64,000 bases of DNA from Candidatus Poribacteria bacterium (lineage in GTDB: Bacteria > Poribacteria > WGA-4E > PCPOR2b): the NCBI GenBank assembly GCA_965215015.1, contig OZ244042.1, positions 3,392,001 to 3,456,000 of the forward strand, read 5' to 3'. The notes beneath the pieces are model-generated. The model saw only the letters and a list, made by a program, of their open reading frames with translations, was not told the origin of the DNA and did no database searches. This document shows, in pieces, positions 1-9,891 of the stretch (positions are counted from its first letter, which is position 1; every line of letters begins with the position of its first letter). A program made the translations under genes and the position numbers.

Positions 1-464
1 TGTCTGACCAAAAGAATACTACTTGTAGCTAGGGCGTGTCGACATCTTGCTGTCGCCAATTCGGCAAGGACTGTGAGCATCAGGCGATTTGCCAAAAACT
101 GAGAAAGTTGTCCCCAATCGTTTCCAGTCAAATCTCAACAGTTTGTAGGTCGAGATTCATATCTCGACACCTTAATGTTGCCTTGAATCCCGATCGCAGC
201 ATCGGGGTCAATTTTGGAAAATTGACCTACTGAAGTCCGAAATCGCCTTCGGTTACTCTGAATCTTGATCTTGTGGGAGTGTATTAGGAGGGGTTCAATT
301 TGTCCAATGTCAACAGAACCTAGAAACGTGAATATTCCATTCGTAGAGAAGGTACATCAGGAAACTCAAATCTCACAAGGTTGATATTGGGTTAGGTTCG
401 GACTGAGCTATCGCATTGTCCGTCGGTGGGGAAAGGGATTTTGTATATGTGCCGCGATGGAGAT

Positions 465-1238
465 TTAGGAATGACCTGAATCGGAGATGGGTTCTTCGGA
501 GGAAACATCATCAGGAGAGGGAGGTGGAATATAAAGAATGAGTCTGCAACTTCCACAGCGGATGAATTGCTCATACTTGCGAGTCTCCTGTAGTGTCTGT
601 GGTGGAATCGTGAGATGACAATTTCCGCACGCATTTTCAACAACTAGTGAAACCAGTCCTTTGCGATAACGTTTGAACCGGGCTTGATACTGGTCCATCA
701 ACCCCGGATCAATCTGGTGGGAAAAGTCCTTTTGTTTTCCACCCCATTTTATAATTTCTGCTTTAAGGTCTTTTGCCTCCTGTTCGTATTCGGCCTTCTG
801 TGCGTTATGTTTTTGCTGCGCGGCATCAAATTCCTTGTGTCCTTGGCTGAGTTCTTCGTTGAGCTGATCTATTCTCAACATTGCTGATAAAATCTCATCT
901 TCTATATCTGCTTCCTTTGCTTCGATAAAACTAATCTCTTTATCTAGTGCTTGGTATTCTTTGTTGCTCTTCACCTCCCGCAATTGTGCTTGGTATTTGG
1001 TACGCTGCTCACCCTCCATTTCAAGTTCTGCCGTTTTAGACTGCTGCACTTTCTCTGCATCAGCTAGTTGCGTCTGTTTCTCCTGTAGTTTTTGTTGATG
1101 GGTCTGAAGCTGCTCACCCACTTTCTTAATCTTGAGTGGAACTGACTTGAGCTTATTATTTAGCGTCAAGATTTCGGCATCAATCTGTTGAAACTCGTAT
1201 AATAGCCGTAGTTGTTCCTGTAAATCGAGGTTAGGCAT
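465..1238 (-). CDS. Coiled-coil protein with C-terminal C4 zinc ribbon (CT398/DUF164-like)
   Basis: Long heptad-rich coiled coil followed by CGNC..(20)..CGSC. ATG at 1238 overlaps the tatC stop. Confidence 0.85.
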   Translation of the reverse strand: MPNLDLQEQLRLLYEFQQIDAEILTLNNKLKSVPLKIKKVGEQLQTHQQKLQEKQTQLADAEKVQQSKTAELEMEGEQRTKYQAQLREVKSNKEYQALDKEISFIEAKEADIEDEILSAMLRIDQLNEELSQGHKEFDAAQQKHNAQKAEYEQEAKDLKAEIIKWGGKQKDFSHQIDPGLMDQYQARFKRYRKGLVSLVVENACGNCHLTIPPQTLQETRKYEQFIRCGSCRLILYIPPPSPDDVSSEEPISDSGHS

Positions 1239-2058
1239 AAGTTTCAGGCTCCTGTTCTGCAAGAAAGGCGAAGAAAATCCCTAGCTGATATAATAAGATA
1301 AGTGGAATCGCCAGTAATAACATAGACAGTAGATCCGCCGGTGTCAACAGCGCGGCTGCAACAAAGATAAACATGATGGCATATCGCTGTCGTTCTCGGA
1401 AACCCTGAGCGTTAATGACACCAATGCGGGACAGAAATGCCATAACAATTGGGAGCTCAAACGCAACACCGAAGGCTAGCACCATACCGGTTGCAAAACT
1501 CACATACTTATCAATGCTCCATAGGTTCCCAACGCCTACATCAGCGAAGAGACCCGCGGCAAATTGGACGACAACGGGTAGGACGATAAAGTAGGCAAAA
1601 ATTGCTCCAACAAGGAAGAAGAAAACGATAGTTAGAAAGAGTGGAAGCGCGAACTTCCGCTCCTGCTGTGTTAAAGCAGGAAAAACAAATGCCCACAACT
1701 GATAGAGCACAACGGGCGATGCAAGCAATACCCCAAAGGTAACAGCAATCTTGAGAAAAGCCATAATCGCTTCGCCGGGCCCGGGTTTATTAAGTTGAAC
1801 CGTGCTCACTGCCTCTGCTCTCAAGGCAATCGACAAGAAGGCCGTAAATGAACCGTCGGCCCCTACGCTTCGATCTATCCAATTCGCTAATTGGGCGTTG
1901 AGTGGTATGTCAACAGGTCGCCTTATAATTTTCACCGCTGGGTCCTTGAACCACAGGCTTATAAGTATACATACCGCTATCGCAATTAGGGAGATAATAA
2001 TCCGTCGGCGGAACTCTTCAAGATGACCGAGAAAGGACATTGATGCATCAGAAGCCAT
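1231..2058 (-). CDS. tatC: Twin-arginine translocase subunit TatC
   Basis: MSFLGHLEEFRRRI N-terminus, FVFPAL, AFELP, LLTPAD, multiple TM helices; next to tatA. Confidence 0.97.
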   Translation of the reverse strand: MASDASMSFLGHLEEFRRRIIISLIAIAVCILISLWFKDPAVKIIRRPVDIPLNAQLANWIDRSVGADGSFTAFLSIALRAEAVSTVQLNKPGPGEAIMAFLKIAVTFGVLLASPVVLYQLWAFVFPALTQQERKFALPLFLTIVFFFLVGAIFAYFIVLPVVVQFAAGLFADVGVGNLWSIDKYVSFATGMVLAFGVAFELPIVMAFLSRIGVINAQGFRERQRYAIMFIFVAAALLTPADLLSMLLLAIPLILLYQLGIFFAFLAEQEPETYA

Positions 2059-2066
2059 GCTGATAA

Positions 2067-2273
2067 CTAAACCGTCTTATTCGCAGGTTTAGTCGAATCT
2101 CGGTCCTCTTTATCAATTGATTCGACAATGTCGTTCTGAATCTCTTTGCCGGCGTTCCTAAATTCCCGAATCGCCTTTCCAAGTGAACGGCCCATATCTG
2201 GCAAACGCTTCGGGCCGAAAACCAGGAGCGCGATGATAAGGATAACAATCAGTTCTGGTGCTCCCAATCCCAT
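2067..2273 (-). CDS. tatA: Twin-arginine translocase subunit TatA/E
   Basis: MGLGAPELIVILIIALLVFGPKRLPDMGRSLGKAIREFR signature; GGAGG RBS. Confidence 0.97.
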   Translation of the reverse strand: MGLGAPELIVILIIALLVFGPKRLPDMGRSLGKAIREFRNAGKEIQNDIVESIDKEDRDSTKPANKTV

Positions 2274-2473
2274 TGTAATTCCTCCGAAAGAATGCAGGTT
2301 ATGAGGTGGAAGGTCTATGGCACCTCACTATTTTAAGCCCCTCCGCCCTAGAACAGTAATATTATACTGTATGCTCTTCGGAATTGCAATTGTTTTGTCA
2401 TGAACAATAGAAGTTTCTGATTCGCTTGATTTCGACTGCCACATCCAACGGGAGCAGGCGCAGGGTGCCCTAT

Positions 2474-4561
2474 TCACCATATAAACCGATACATCGGCTT
2501 TTCTATCAACACACCAATCAACGCCCACACGCCGCCGACGAGAAATTCGCCGAGTATCAATCCGAGAAAGAACGGTGCTAGACTGCGAAACGTCTTTAAG
2601 CCGCCAAAGCGTAGGATACACCACTTAATCACCCAACTGATGAACACCGAAAACCAGAAGAAATTGACCGCCCATGTGCCGGAGATGCCGTATCCGACGG
2701 GATATAAGGGCCACCAAATAAAACGGGTGCGTACGGCGGTAAGTAAGAAGGTGAAGGCGACTCCGAAGCCCATTGCCAAGATTGACAGAACATCGACAGA
2801 TGCCGGATTGGTAAGCCAACTTTGGGTGCGTCGAAAGATGGACCCATACCAAACCTCCCATGCGCCGGATTTGTAACCGATGTGCAGCGAAAACCAGAAC
2901 GAAGCCAATGGGCTAAGAACGACTGTAAGCAGTATGGCGTATCCGACTCGACGTGACGACACCCCCGCACGCTCTGCGAGTTTCAGTGCTTCTAGCTGGT
3001 GCGGCATGGCATTGCCCCGATAGGCGCGATTAAAGCAATACACAAGCGAGAACAGGGTGAGACTTCTTGCCCCTAGGCGTCGCATACCGAACATCTTTGG
3101 GAGTAGCACATCGGGGCCCATCGCACGTAGGTCGTGGATGGGTGGTCCTAATTCCGCACGGATGCGAGTGATAACGGTTACCGTTGTGAAGTGGATGACG
3201 AAAACGAGAACGGCAACCCAGAGGGGTAGACCTGCTACCGCCCAAAAACCGACCAATAGCATGAAGCCGATGATCAGTCCGAGTACAGCCGTGCGATAGG
3301 AGATTGGTTCGTTAGCTTCTATGTATCGGCTTGACGGGTCCCCCTGTTCCGATTCCGTACTCTGGGAACTAGGAGGCCTATGAGGAGAACCTCCCCGCCA
3401 TGCGGTCACGAGTACGGTTCGCAAATGACGGCGCGCTCCCCACAGTGTAAGAATCAGTACGCCAACACAAACGCCGAATGACTGATCAAAGATAAAGGGA
3501 AAACCGGGTATCTGCTGAAACCCGAAGATGCTCCCCATAATCATTTCAAATTTCCAGAATACGTAGAAGAACCAGAAGGTGAAGGAGAGATCGAGGGGTA
3601 TAAAATATCCCATTCCAATGGCGAAAGGGAAAACAACGACCGGCGTCCAACCGATAGCATTCCACGGTTTGGTGGTAAAAAATGGGCGCAGGTCAAAGAA
3701 TTCGCCACCGAGTCCGGGAATAATAGGAAATAAAAAGTGCAGTCCATTGATAAGATCCATGCCGCCGGCGAGAATAAGCCCCGCCCACATTAATCGATTC
3801 CGAAAAAAGTCCGTTGTGGTTATTTGCTGCGGGAGCTCGATAATTGGATAGCTCAGTCGCTCTGCTTCAATCCACTGTTTTCGCAGGATGGCGTTGATGC
3901 AGAAAGCGGTGAAGAGGAGAACGATGATAAACCCAGACCACGCCAGGACGGGTTGCCACCATAGCTGAAGATTTTCAGGGAGGTAAAGGCTGGATTCCCC
4001 AACGAAATAGGGCGTAATGCTTTTTTTATCGGTCAATGCTAACCAATCGGGGAGGTAGTGGTGAAACAGTGTGGCCCATTCGTTTTCCTCATTTGACATC
4101 CAGCCAACGACCGCGATATTGGTGACAACAACTTGGAACAGGTCATGCCCGCCGATTGCGGAGGCGACGGAGAGCATTGCATAGAGCGTCAATAATTCGC
4201 CTTGTGTCAATGCTAAGTGTGGCGAAAACCGAGTCAGCCAAAAGTTCACTACCACCACAAACACGAAAATGAAAATCACATTGAAAAAGAGCGACATGGT
4301 CGTTGGGAGACCTTGTTCCCACCGCAACATCGCAAATAGCCAGTAGTTGTTGATAAGGATGAGTCCTAGACCGAGCCAGATTGTACTCCAACGAATCTGT
4401 GGTTGTTGGGATTGGGGTGTCGAATATTTGGCTTGGGGGTTCAATGCGATTTCTCTTGGACTTATATTAGTTCTCGTGGGTGGGTTTCTCTCGGAGACAG
4501 AAACCTCTTGAGAATACGTTCCTTGTGGATTATAATATCCGATGTAATCAGTGAGTAACAC
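2474..4561 (-). CDS. Large polytopic membrane protein (DUF6785/DUF6784-type putative peptide transporter)
   Basis: About 15 TM segments; motifs LRKQWIEAERLSYPI, TRIRAELGPP, WWPLYPVGY, PFFLGLILGE. Start uncertain. Confidence 0.75.
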   Translation of the reverse strand: MLLTDYIGYYNPQGTYSQEVSVSERNPPTRTNISPREIALNPQAKYSTPQSQQPQIRWSTIWLGLGLILINNYWLFAMLRWEQGLPTTMSLFFNVIFIFVFVVVVNFWLTRFSPHLALTQGELLTLYAMLSVASAIGGHDLFQVVVTNIAVVGWMSNEENEWATLFHHYLPDWLALTDKKSITPYFVGESSLYLPENLQLWWQPVLAWSGFIIVLLFTAFCINAILRKQWIEAERLSYPIIELPQQITTTDFFRNRLMWAGLILAGGMDLINGLHFLFPIIPGLGGEFFDLRPFFTTKPWNAIGWTPVVVFPFAIGMGYFIPLDLSFTFWFFYVFWKFEMIMGSIFGFQQIPGFPFIFDQSFGVCVGVLILTLWGARRHLRTVLVTAWRGGSPHRPPSSQSTESEQGDPSSRYIEANEPISYRTAVLGLIIGFMLLVGFWAVAGLPLWVAVLVFVIHFTTVTVITRIRAELGPPIHDLRAMGPDVLLPKMFGMRRLGARSLTLFSLVYCFNRAYRGNAMPHQLEALKLAERAGVSSRRVGYAILLTVVLSPLASFWFSLHIGYKSGAWEVWYGSIFRRTQSWLTNPASVDVLSILAMGFGVAFTFLLTAVRTRFIWWPLYPVGYGISGTWAVNFFWFSVFISWVIKWCILRFGGLKTFRSLAPFFLGLILGEFLVGGVWALIGVLIEKPMYRFIW

Positions 4562-4583
4562 TGCGCCAAGTCTTCTAGGCTAT

Positions 4584-4611
4584 ATTATAGCTGTTTCCCT
4601 CGCATTGTCAA
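4584..4611 (-). promoter_or_regulatory. Sigma70-type promoter for the DUF6785-type gene
   Basis: Minus strand reads TTGACA-16 nt-TATAAT (perfect hexamers). Confidence 0.7.
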
Positions 4612-4628
4612 CATTTTACACCAGGTCT

Positions 4629-5628
4629 GTTACCCCCCTTCGTCCCCCCGCAAGCGGGGGGATGGCAAGCGGAGGGATGGCATACGGGGTATGCCGACTC
4701 CCTTAAAAACGCTGGTTGAATTGCGCGCCTACAAACAAGTGCGTAACTCCTAAGAAACTAAAGTCAATTATTTCGTTTCACTCATTACGCTCCACGCAGG
4801 AGGTATCGTCATTGAAACCGAAAATTTTTATTACCCGTCCGATCCCAGAAAAAGCCTTGATTCAGCCGACAGTCGTAGGCACGCGGCGCGTGCCGTTACC
4901 CCCCTTCGTCCCCCCGCAAGCGGGGGGATGGCAAGCGGAGGGATGGCATACGGGGTATGCCGACTCCCTTAAAAACGCTGGTTGAATTGCGCGCCTACAA
5001 ACAAGTGCGTAACTCCTAAGAAACTAAAGTCAATTATTTCGTTTCACTCGTTACGTTTCACGCAGGAGGTATCGTCATTGAAACCGAAAATTTTTATTAC
5101 CCGTCCAATCGCAGAAAAAGTCTTGATTCAGCCGACAGTCGTAGGCACGCGGCGCGTGCCGTTACCCCCCTTCGTCCCCCCGCAAGCGGAGGGATGGCAT
5201 ACGGGGTATGCCGACTCCCTTAAAGACGCGGGTTGAATTGCGCTACTACAAGCTCAAGTGCGTAACTCCTAAGAAACTAAAGTCAATTATTTCGTTTCAC
5301 TCGTTACGTTTTACGCAGGAGGTATCGTCATTGAAACCGAAAATTTTTATTACCCGTCCAATCGCAGAAAAAGTCTTGATTCAGCCGACAGTCGTAGGCA
5401 CGCGGCGCGTGCCGTTACCCCCCTTCGTCCCCCCGCAAGCGGAGGGATGGCATACGGGGTATGCCGACTCCCTTAAAGACGCGGGTTGAATTGCGCGCCT
5501 ACAAACAAGTGCGTAACTCCTAAGAAACTAAAGTCAATTATTTCGTTTCACTCATTACGCTCCACGCAGGAGGTATCGTCATTGAAACCGAAAATTTTTA
5601 TTACCCGTCCGATCCCAGAAAAAGCCTT
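4629..5628 (+). repeat. Tandem repeat, about 3.8 copies of a 253-266 bp unit containing palindromes plus the RBS and first codons of the downstream dehydrogenase
   Basis: Units start at 4629, 4895, 5161 and 5414 (GTTACCCCCCTTCGTCCCCCCGCAAGCGG). Each contains AGGAGG..TTGAAACCGAAAATTTTTATTACCCG. Confidence 0.95.
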
Positions 5629-6538
5629 AGCAATGATCGAGGCAGAATGTGAAGTTGATATATGGCCTACGAGTGAGATTCTGCCCCCGACTGCGGAGCG
5701 GCTGCCGGGTCTTGATGGTCTAGTTACTTATAGTCATGAACCCGTAACAGCCGAGATGATCGCTAGCGCGCCAAATCTAAAGGTAATTTCTAACGTCGGT
5801 GTCGGATATAATCACATTGACGCAGAGGCAGCGAAGGCACAGGGCGTTGCGGTTGGCAACACGCCCGGCGTGCTGAGCGAAACCACCGCCGATACGACTT
5901 TCGCGCAACTCCTCGCGGCGGCGCGACACCTTGTCCCCGCCAGTATCTATGTTCAGGAAAAGTGCTGGACATGCTACGATCCGAATATCTTCCACGGCTA
6001 CGACGTGCATCACGCAACGCTCGGCATCATCGGCATGGGCAGAATTGGTTATGAAGTCGCCAAAAGAGCGTTGGGATTCGATATGCGGGTTCTGTATTAC
6101 AAACGGAATCGCCGCGAGGACTGGGAAGCGGAGTTGGGCATTGAATATGCTAGCTTTGATCGTTTGCTCGGAGCATCTGACTTTATAACCCTGCATGTCC
6201 CGATGACGCCGGAGACCCATCACCTGATTGGTAAGGAAGAGTTTCAAAAGATGAAGCCTACGGCAATCCTTGTGAATATTGCGCGGGGACCGGTGGTGGA
6301 TTCGGCGGCACTGTACGAGGCGTTAAAAACGGGGGAAATCGCACGCGCTGCACTCGATGTGACAGATCCAGAACCCATCCCGACGGACGACCCACTGCTG
6401 ACGCTCGACAATGCTTTGATCTTTCCACATCTTGGTAGTTCGACCTTACAGACCCGCACGCGGATGGCGACGATGGCCGCTGAGAACTTGCTGGCTGGGT
6501 TAAAAGGAGAACCGCTGCCCTATTCTGTGTTCGGCTAA
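5582..6538 (+). CDS. D-isomer 2-hydroxyacid dehydrogenase (glyoxylate reductase/D-glycerate dehydrogenase)
   Basis: TTG start after AGGAGG (LKPKIFITRPI); GIIGMGRIG, NIARGPVVD, LDVTDPEP, PHLGS. Confidence 0.93.
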   Translation: MKPKIFITRPIPEKALAMIEAECEVDIWPTSEILPPTAERLPGLDGLVTYSHEPVTAEMIASAPNLKVISNVGVGYNHIDAEAAKAQGVAVGNTPGVLSETTADTTFAQLLAAARHLVPASIYVQEKCWTCYDPNIFHGYDVHHATLGIIGMGRIGYEVAKRALGFDMRVLYYKRNRREDWEAELGIEYASFDRLLGASDFITLHVPMTPETHHLIGKEEFQKMKPTAILVNIARGPVVDSAALYEALKTGEIARAALDVTDPEPIPTDDPLLTLDNALIFPHLGSSTLQTRTRMATMAAENLLAGLKGEPLPYSVFG

Positions 6539-6791
6539 TTTTGCACTGTCACGTCAGGCGAAAAATGTGCTGCGCTACCCAAGATCCCGATGATGCTAAG
6601 ACACGTGCGAAAGCAAGATTAGCACTTCTGAAAGCGCGATCCGAATATAAAAAATAAGGGAAGTTATTCGCCTCCTAAGGGAAGACGAGACGGAGACAAC
6701 AGATTCGTGAATCTTGGTTTCGGGATATGACTGCCGGTTATGGTTACAAATGTTGAGCCTCGCGCTAACGATCCACCTTTTGGAGGTTACG

Positions 6792-7790
6792 ATGGTTGCA
6801 AAGCATATGCCCGAACACCATCGGGCATTAGATCGATCGCTGTTAAAGATTCTCCCATTAGCTGAACGGGAACATAAAATGACGGTTGCGGACCTCTACC
6901 CTTTGGATGCGGAGACGCCGCCGTATGAAAACGATGATTTGCGGATAGTGGTGGATCGGATGATTCAAGCCCATTGGGGCGGGAAACAGGTAATATGGAT
7001 GATGGGTGCACACGTCATGCGGCGGGGCAATTCGCGGTACATCATCGATCTGATGGAACGTGGTGTCCTCACACACATAGCAACAAACGGTGCCGGTGCC
7101 ATCCATGATTTTGAACTCGCCCTGATTGGCGCGACGCTGGAGGATGTGGAGCGGTATATCTGGGACGGAAAGTTTGGTAACTGGGAGGAGACTGGACGTT
7201 ATATCAACGACGCAATCACTCGCGGCTATCGCGACGAAATCGGTTTCGGCGAGGCGATTGGTCGGTTCATTCAAAATGAGGAGTGCGGTGTCAAGTTTCC
7301 ACACCAGGAGATCAGTATGTTTGCGGCGGCATATCGTTTGGGGGTTCCAATGACTGTGCATAAGGGGATTGGTTACGACATCATTGACCAACACCCCGCT
7401 GCCGATTACGCTGCAATGGGCTACACAACTGGTGAGGACTTTCTGCGCTTGGCTCACAGCGTCTCGAAATTAGAAGGAGGCGTGTTTCTGAACTTAGGTT
7501 CTGCGGTGATGGGACCAGAGGTTTACCTCAAGAGTCTGTCGATGGCGCGAAACATCGCCGCGCAGCGTGGAAAGGAGATCCGGCATTTCACCACAGCTAA
7601 TTTTGACTTGATCGAATTCTCCGATTTCCGGGAGGAGGGCAGGCCGACAGATGCCCACTACTACCACCGTCCCAAGAAGACAATCTTGGTCCGCACTGTG
7701 AAAGATGGCGGTGAGAGTTACCATATTTCTGGGGATTTTAATCGTACCGTTCCGAAGCTATATTCCCACATCACGAAGGCTTTGGGCTAG
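6792..7790 (+). CDS. Deoxyhypusine-synthase-like fold hypothetical protein
   Basis: GGAGG RBS; MMGAHV, ATNGAGAIHDFELA, GGVFLNLGSAVMGPEVYLK motifs. Confidence 0.6.
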   Translation: MVAKHMPEHHRALDRSLLKILPLAEREHKMTVADLYPLDAETPPYENDDLRIVVDRMIQAHWGGKQVIWMMGAHVMRRGNSRYIIDLMERGVLTHIATNGAGAIHDFELALIGATLEDVERYIWDGKFGNWEETGRYINDAITRGYRDEIGFGEAIGRFIQNEECGVKFPHQEISMFAAAYRLGVPMTVHKGIGYDIIDQHPAADYAAMGYTTGEDFLRLAHSVSKLEGGVFLNLGSAVMGPEVYLKSLSMARNIAAQRGKEIRHFTTANFDLIEFSDFREEGRPTDAHYYHRPKKTILVRTVKDGGESYHISGDFNRTVPKLYSHITKALG

Positions 7791-7854
7791 CACGCTTAGC
7801 CTGTGTGGTTGATAACACTTCATTGCTAATCAAAGATAACTGAATCCTGCGCTT

Positions 7855-9621
7855 TTGAAAGTGCCGAGTAAAAATGGCATGACACATCTAAGTTTCCGTT
7901 TCCCGATAATCAGCACATCTCTCGTTTCATGCCTAAGGCGATTGGGTTATATATCTATCGCGCTGATCTGTATCGGCTGCACTGGAAGCAGCAGTAGGGA
8001 TCAGCATACGGTTTCGATTGCCGATCTGCGGTCACAGCTCCAGCCATTGAAGCGGGTGGGTGTCTATGCAGGTTTCGATCTAAAAGCCCATGTGCTTTAC
8101 ATGGGGAATGACTCCATAGAACGGTGGATGCGTTTAGATCAAGGAGGGGACAAAATTCGGACCATCCGCTACGCCCGCAAGCCTTCAGGACAGAGCTATA
8201 TTGATCGGGCGAGCGAGGAATTTCGATTTCGGATTGGGGAGATTGTCTTTTCTGGGAATAGCGACCTGCTGACTTACAAGGATTATCAGATTGTCCAAAA
8301 AATTGGCGGGAGCAAACGGGTTACGATTCAATTCACGTATGCTTCAGGCGAGGCAACGGAACCGATTTTTTATCTGTGGATTCACTACGAGATTTATCCG
8401 GATCTGCCGTTGATTCGCAAGTGGTTGACGATTCAGAATCTGACGGATTCAGCGTTTTTTGTAGAAGATGTGACAATTGAGTCTTTGCCTCTGTTCGCTG
8501 GGACAGCGGACAGCGTTCAAATCTGGCGGTGCGGAATTTCGGGGGTCCTAGAGGAGCCATTGCCAATACCTTGGGAAGGGGGCACATCGGAGGCGTTTAT
8601 TCTAGTGGGTGATACCGGTATTGATGGCGGCGTGGTGTTGGGGAATGAGAGCGCAGGTCTCCTCAAACACTACGCGGTCTACTCAGATCGAGAGACGGTG
8701 TCGATTGGTTTGAGGCCGACAACAGCTATCAATGGGACTGAAATCCGGGTGCCACCGGGGCAGTCGGTGAACAGTCCCAAGGTCTGGACGATGCTTGTTG
8801 AAGGTGGTCTCCAAGCTACAATTGAACAGATCATTCAGAACCCCTTGGTGTATGTTCCACCATATTCTAAAGGTGTGGAATTACAAACCCTTGAAACTCG
8901 ATGGATAACGCTGGAAGCTGAGTGGGAAGAGTCAATAGGATTAATATATCCTGGAGATTGGATTGCCCTCGATTATGATTGGAACATCGAATACCTACAA
9001 ACAGTAAAGCGGATAAGCCAACGGGTGCATGAAGGTGGGGGCAAATTCGGGATTCGTCTCCCAATTGCTGAGATTCACACAGCGGTTTTAGACCGTCCGG
9101 GCTGGCAATTGGTGCCGATTTTCCAGGGGCGTGTAGTGCCGGAAGGTAACGATACGGAGGAAGAAGGGCAACAAGGGGGAGCGGAAGCGCAGCAGTCCAT
9201 CGCTCACGAGGTAGACCCAAGAACCCCCCTCGGTCCTCCCGCAAGCAGGGGGAAGGAAGTGCAACAGTCTACCACTCACGAGGCAGACCCGGTGATTTAT
9301 TGTGTTTTGAGTGATTACGGTTACTACCTTACACAGGCAGTAAAAACGTTGCTTGAAGAGACAGAAGCGGATCTGCTCATCTTGGATCGCCCGATTTTGG
9401 GTTCACAGAGCAACCTTTTAAAAGGCTGCGATGCACTGGGGCATCAGCATTATACACGCGCTGAGTCGATTAGGATAATTTATCGATGGCTTTTTGAGTT
9501 TGCCGACCATCTGCATCGGGAATACCCGGCGTTGCAATTGGGGATTACAGCGAGTGCCTATGGGGTCAAGCAGCCGGATGCTGCCTGCCTCGCGCATTTT
9601 GACCTGTTCTTCGATCCGTGA
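7855..9621 (+). CDS. Hypothetical exported protein, distantly GH36 alpha-galactosidase-like
   Basis: Possible lipobox (LICIGC); YEIYPDLPLIRKWLTIQN, HEGGGKFGI and C-terminal LHREYPALQL resemble GH36 architecture. Catalytic motifs look degenerate. Confidence 0.5.
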   Translation: MKVPSKNGMTHLSFRFPIISTSLVSCLRRLGYISIALICIGCTGSSSRDQHTVSIADLRSQLQPLKRVGVYAGFDLKAHVLYMGNDSIERWMRLDQGGDKIRTIRYARKPSGQSYIDRASEEFRFRIGEIVFSGNSDLLTYKDYQIVQKIGGSKRVTIQFTYASGEATEPIFYLWIHYEIYPDLPLIRKWLTIQNLTDSAFFVEDVTIESLPLFAGTADSVQIWRCGISGVLEEPLPIPWEGGTSEAFILVGDTGIDGGVVLGNESAGLLKHYAVYSDRETVSIGLRPTTAINGTEIRVPPGQSVNSPKVWTMLVEGGLQATIEQIIQNPLVYVPPYSKGVELQTLETRWITLEAEWEESIGLIYPGDWIALDYDWNIEYLQTVKRISQRVHEGGGKFGIRLPIAEIHTAVLDRPGWQLVPIFQGRVVPEGNDTEEEGQQGGAEAQQSIAHEVDPRTPLGPPASRGKEVQQSTTHEADPVIYCVLSDYGYYLTQAVKTLLEETEADLLILDRPILGSQSNLLKGCDALGHQHYTRAESIRIIYRWLFEFADHLHREYPALQLGITASAYGVKQPDAACLAHFDLFFDP

Positions 9622-9732
9622 TTCGTCTCATGCGTCACATTTTTGTCGGAGGATGCGAATATCGTCTACATATTTGCCATTTGTTCATGTTAAAAAATCG
9701 TGCGGCAGCCCCCAAGTTTTTTTCGGCAAGCG

Positions 9733-9757
9733 CGGGCGGGGAAACCCTGCCCCTACA
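9733..9757 (-). repeat. GTAG-family REP-like palindrome
   Basis: Minus strand TGTAGGGGCAGGGTTTCCCCGCCC hairpin. Confidence 0.6.
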
Positions 9758-9891
9758 GTCCTCTTCGTATTTTGCACTCTCTTTTGACCTGAGTCTTGCT
9801 ATTTTTGCGTTGGTCAACGAATTCAATCGCTCTATCTTGGAAAAAATGATTGATAGCCATGCGGAGGGTTCCCGATCCGTGTTATCCGTTT

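Noticed and set aside
4716-5489. Three similar 84-93 aa ORFs and the 32-aa N-terminal extension of the dehydrogenase
   Set aside because: Products of the tandem repeat; the RBS supports the TTG at 5582 as the real start.
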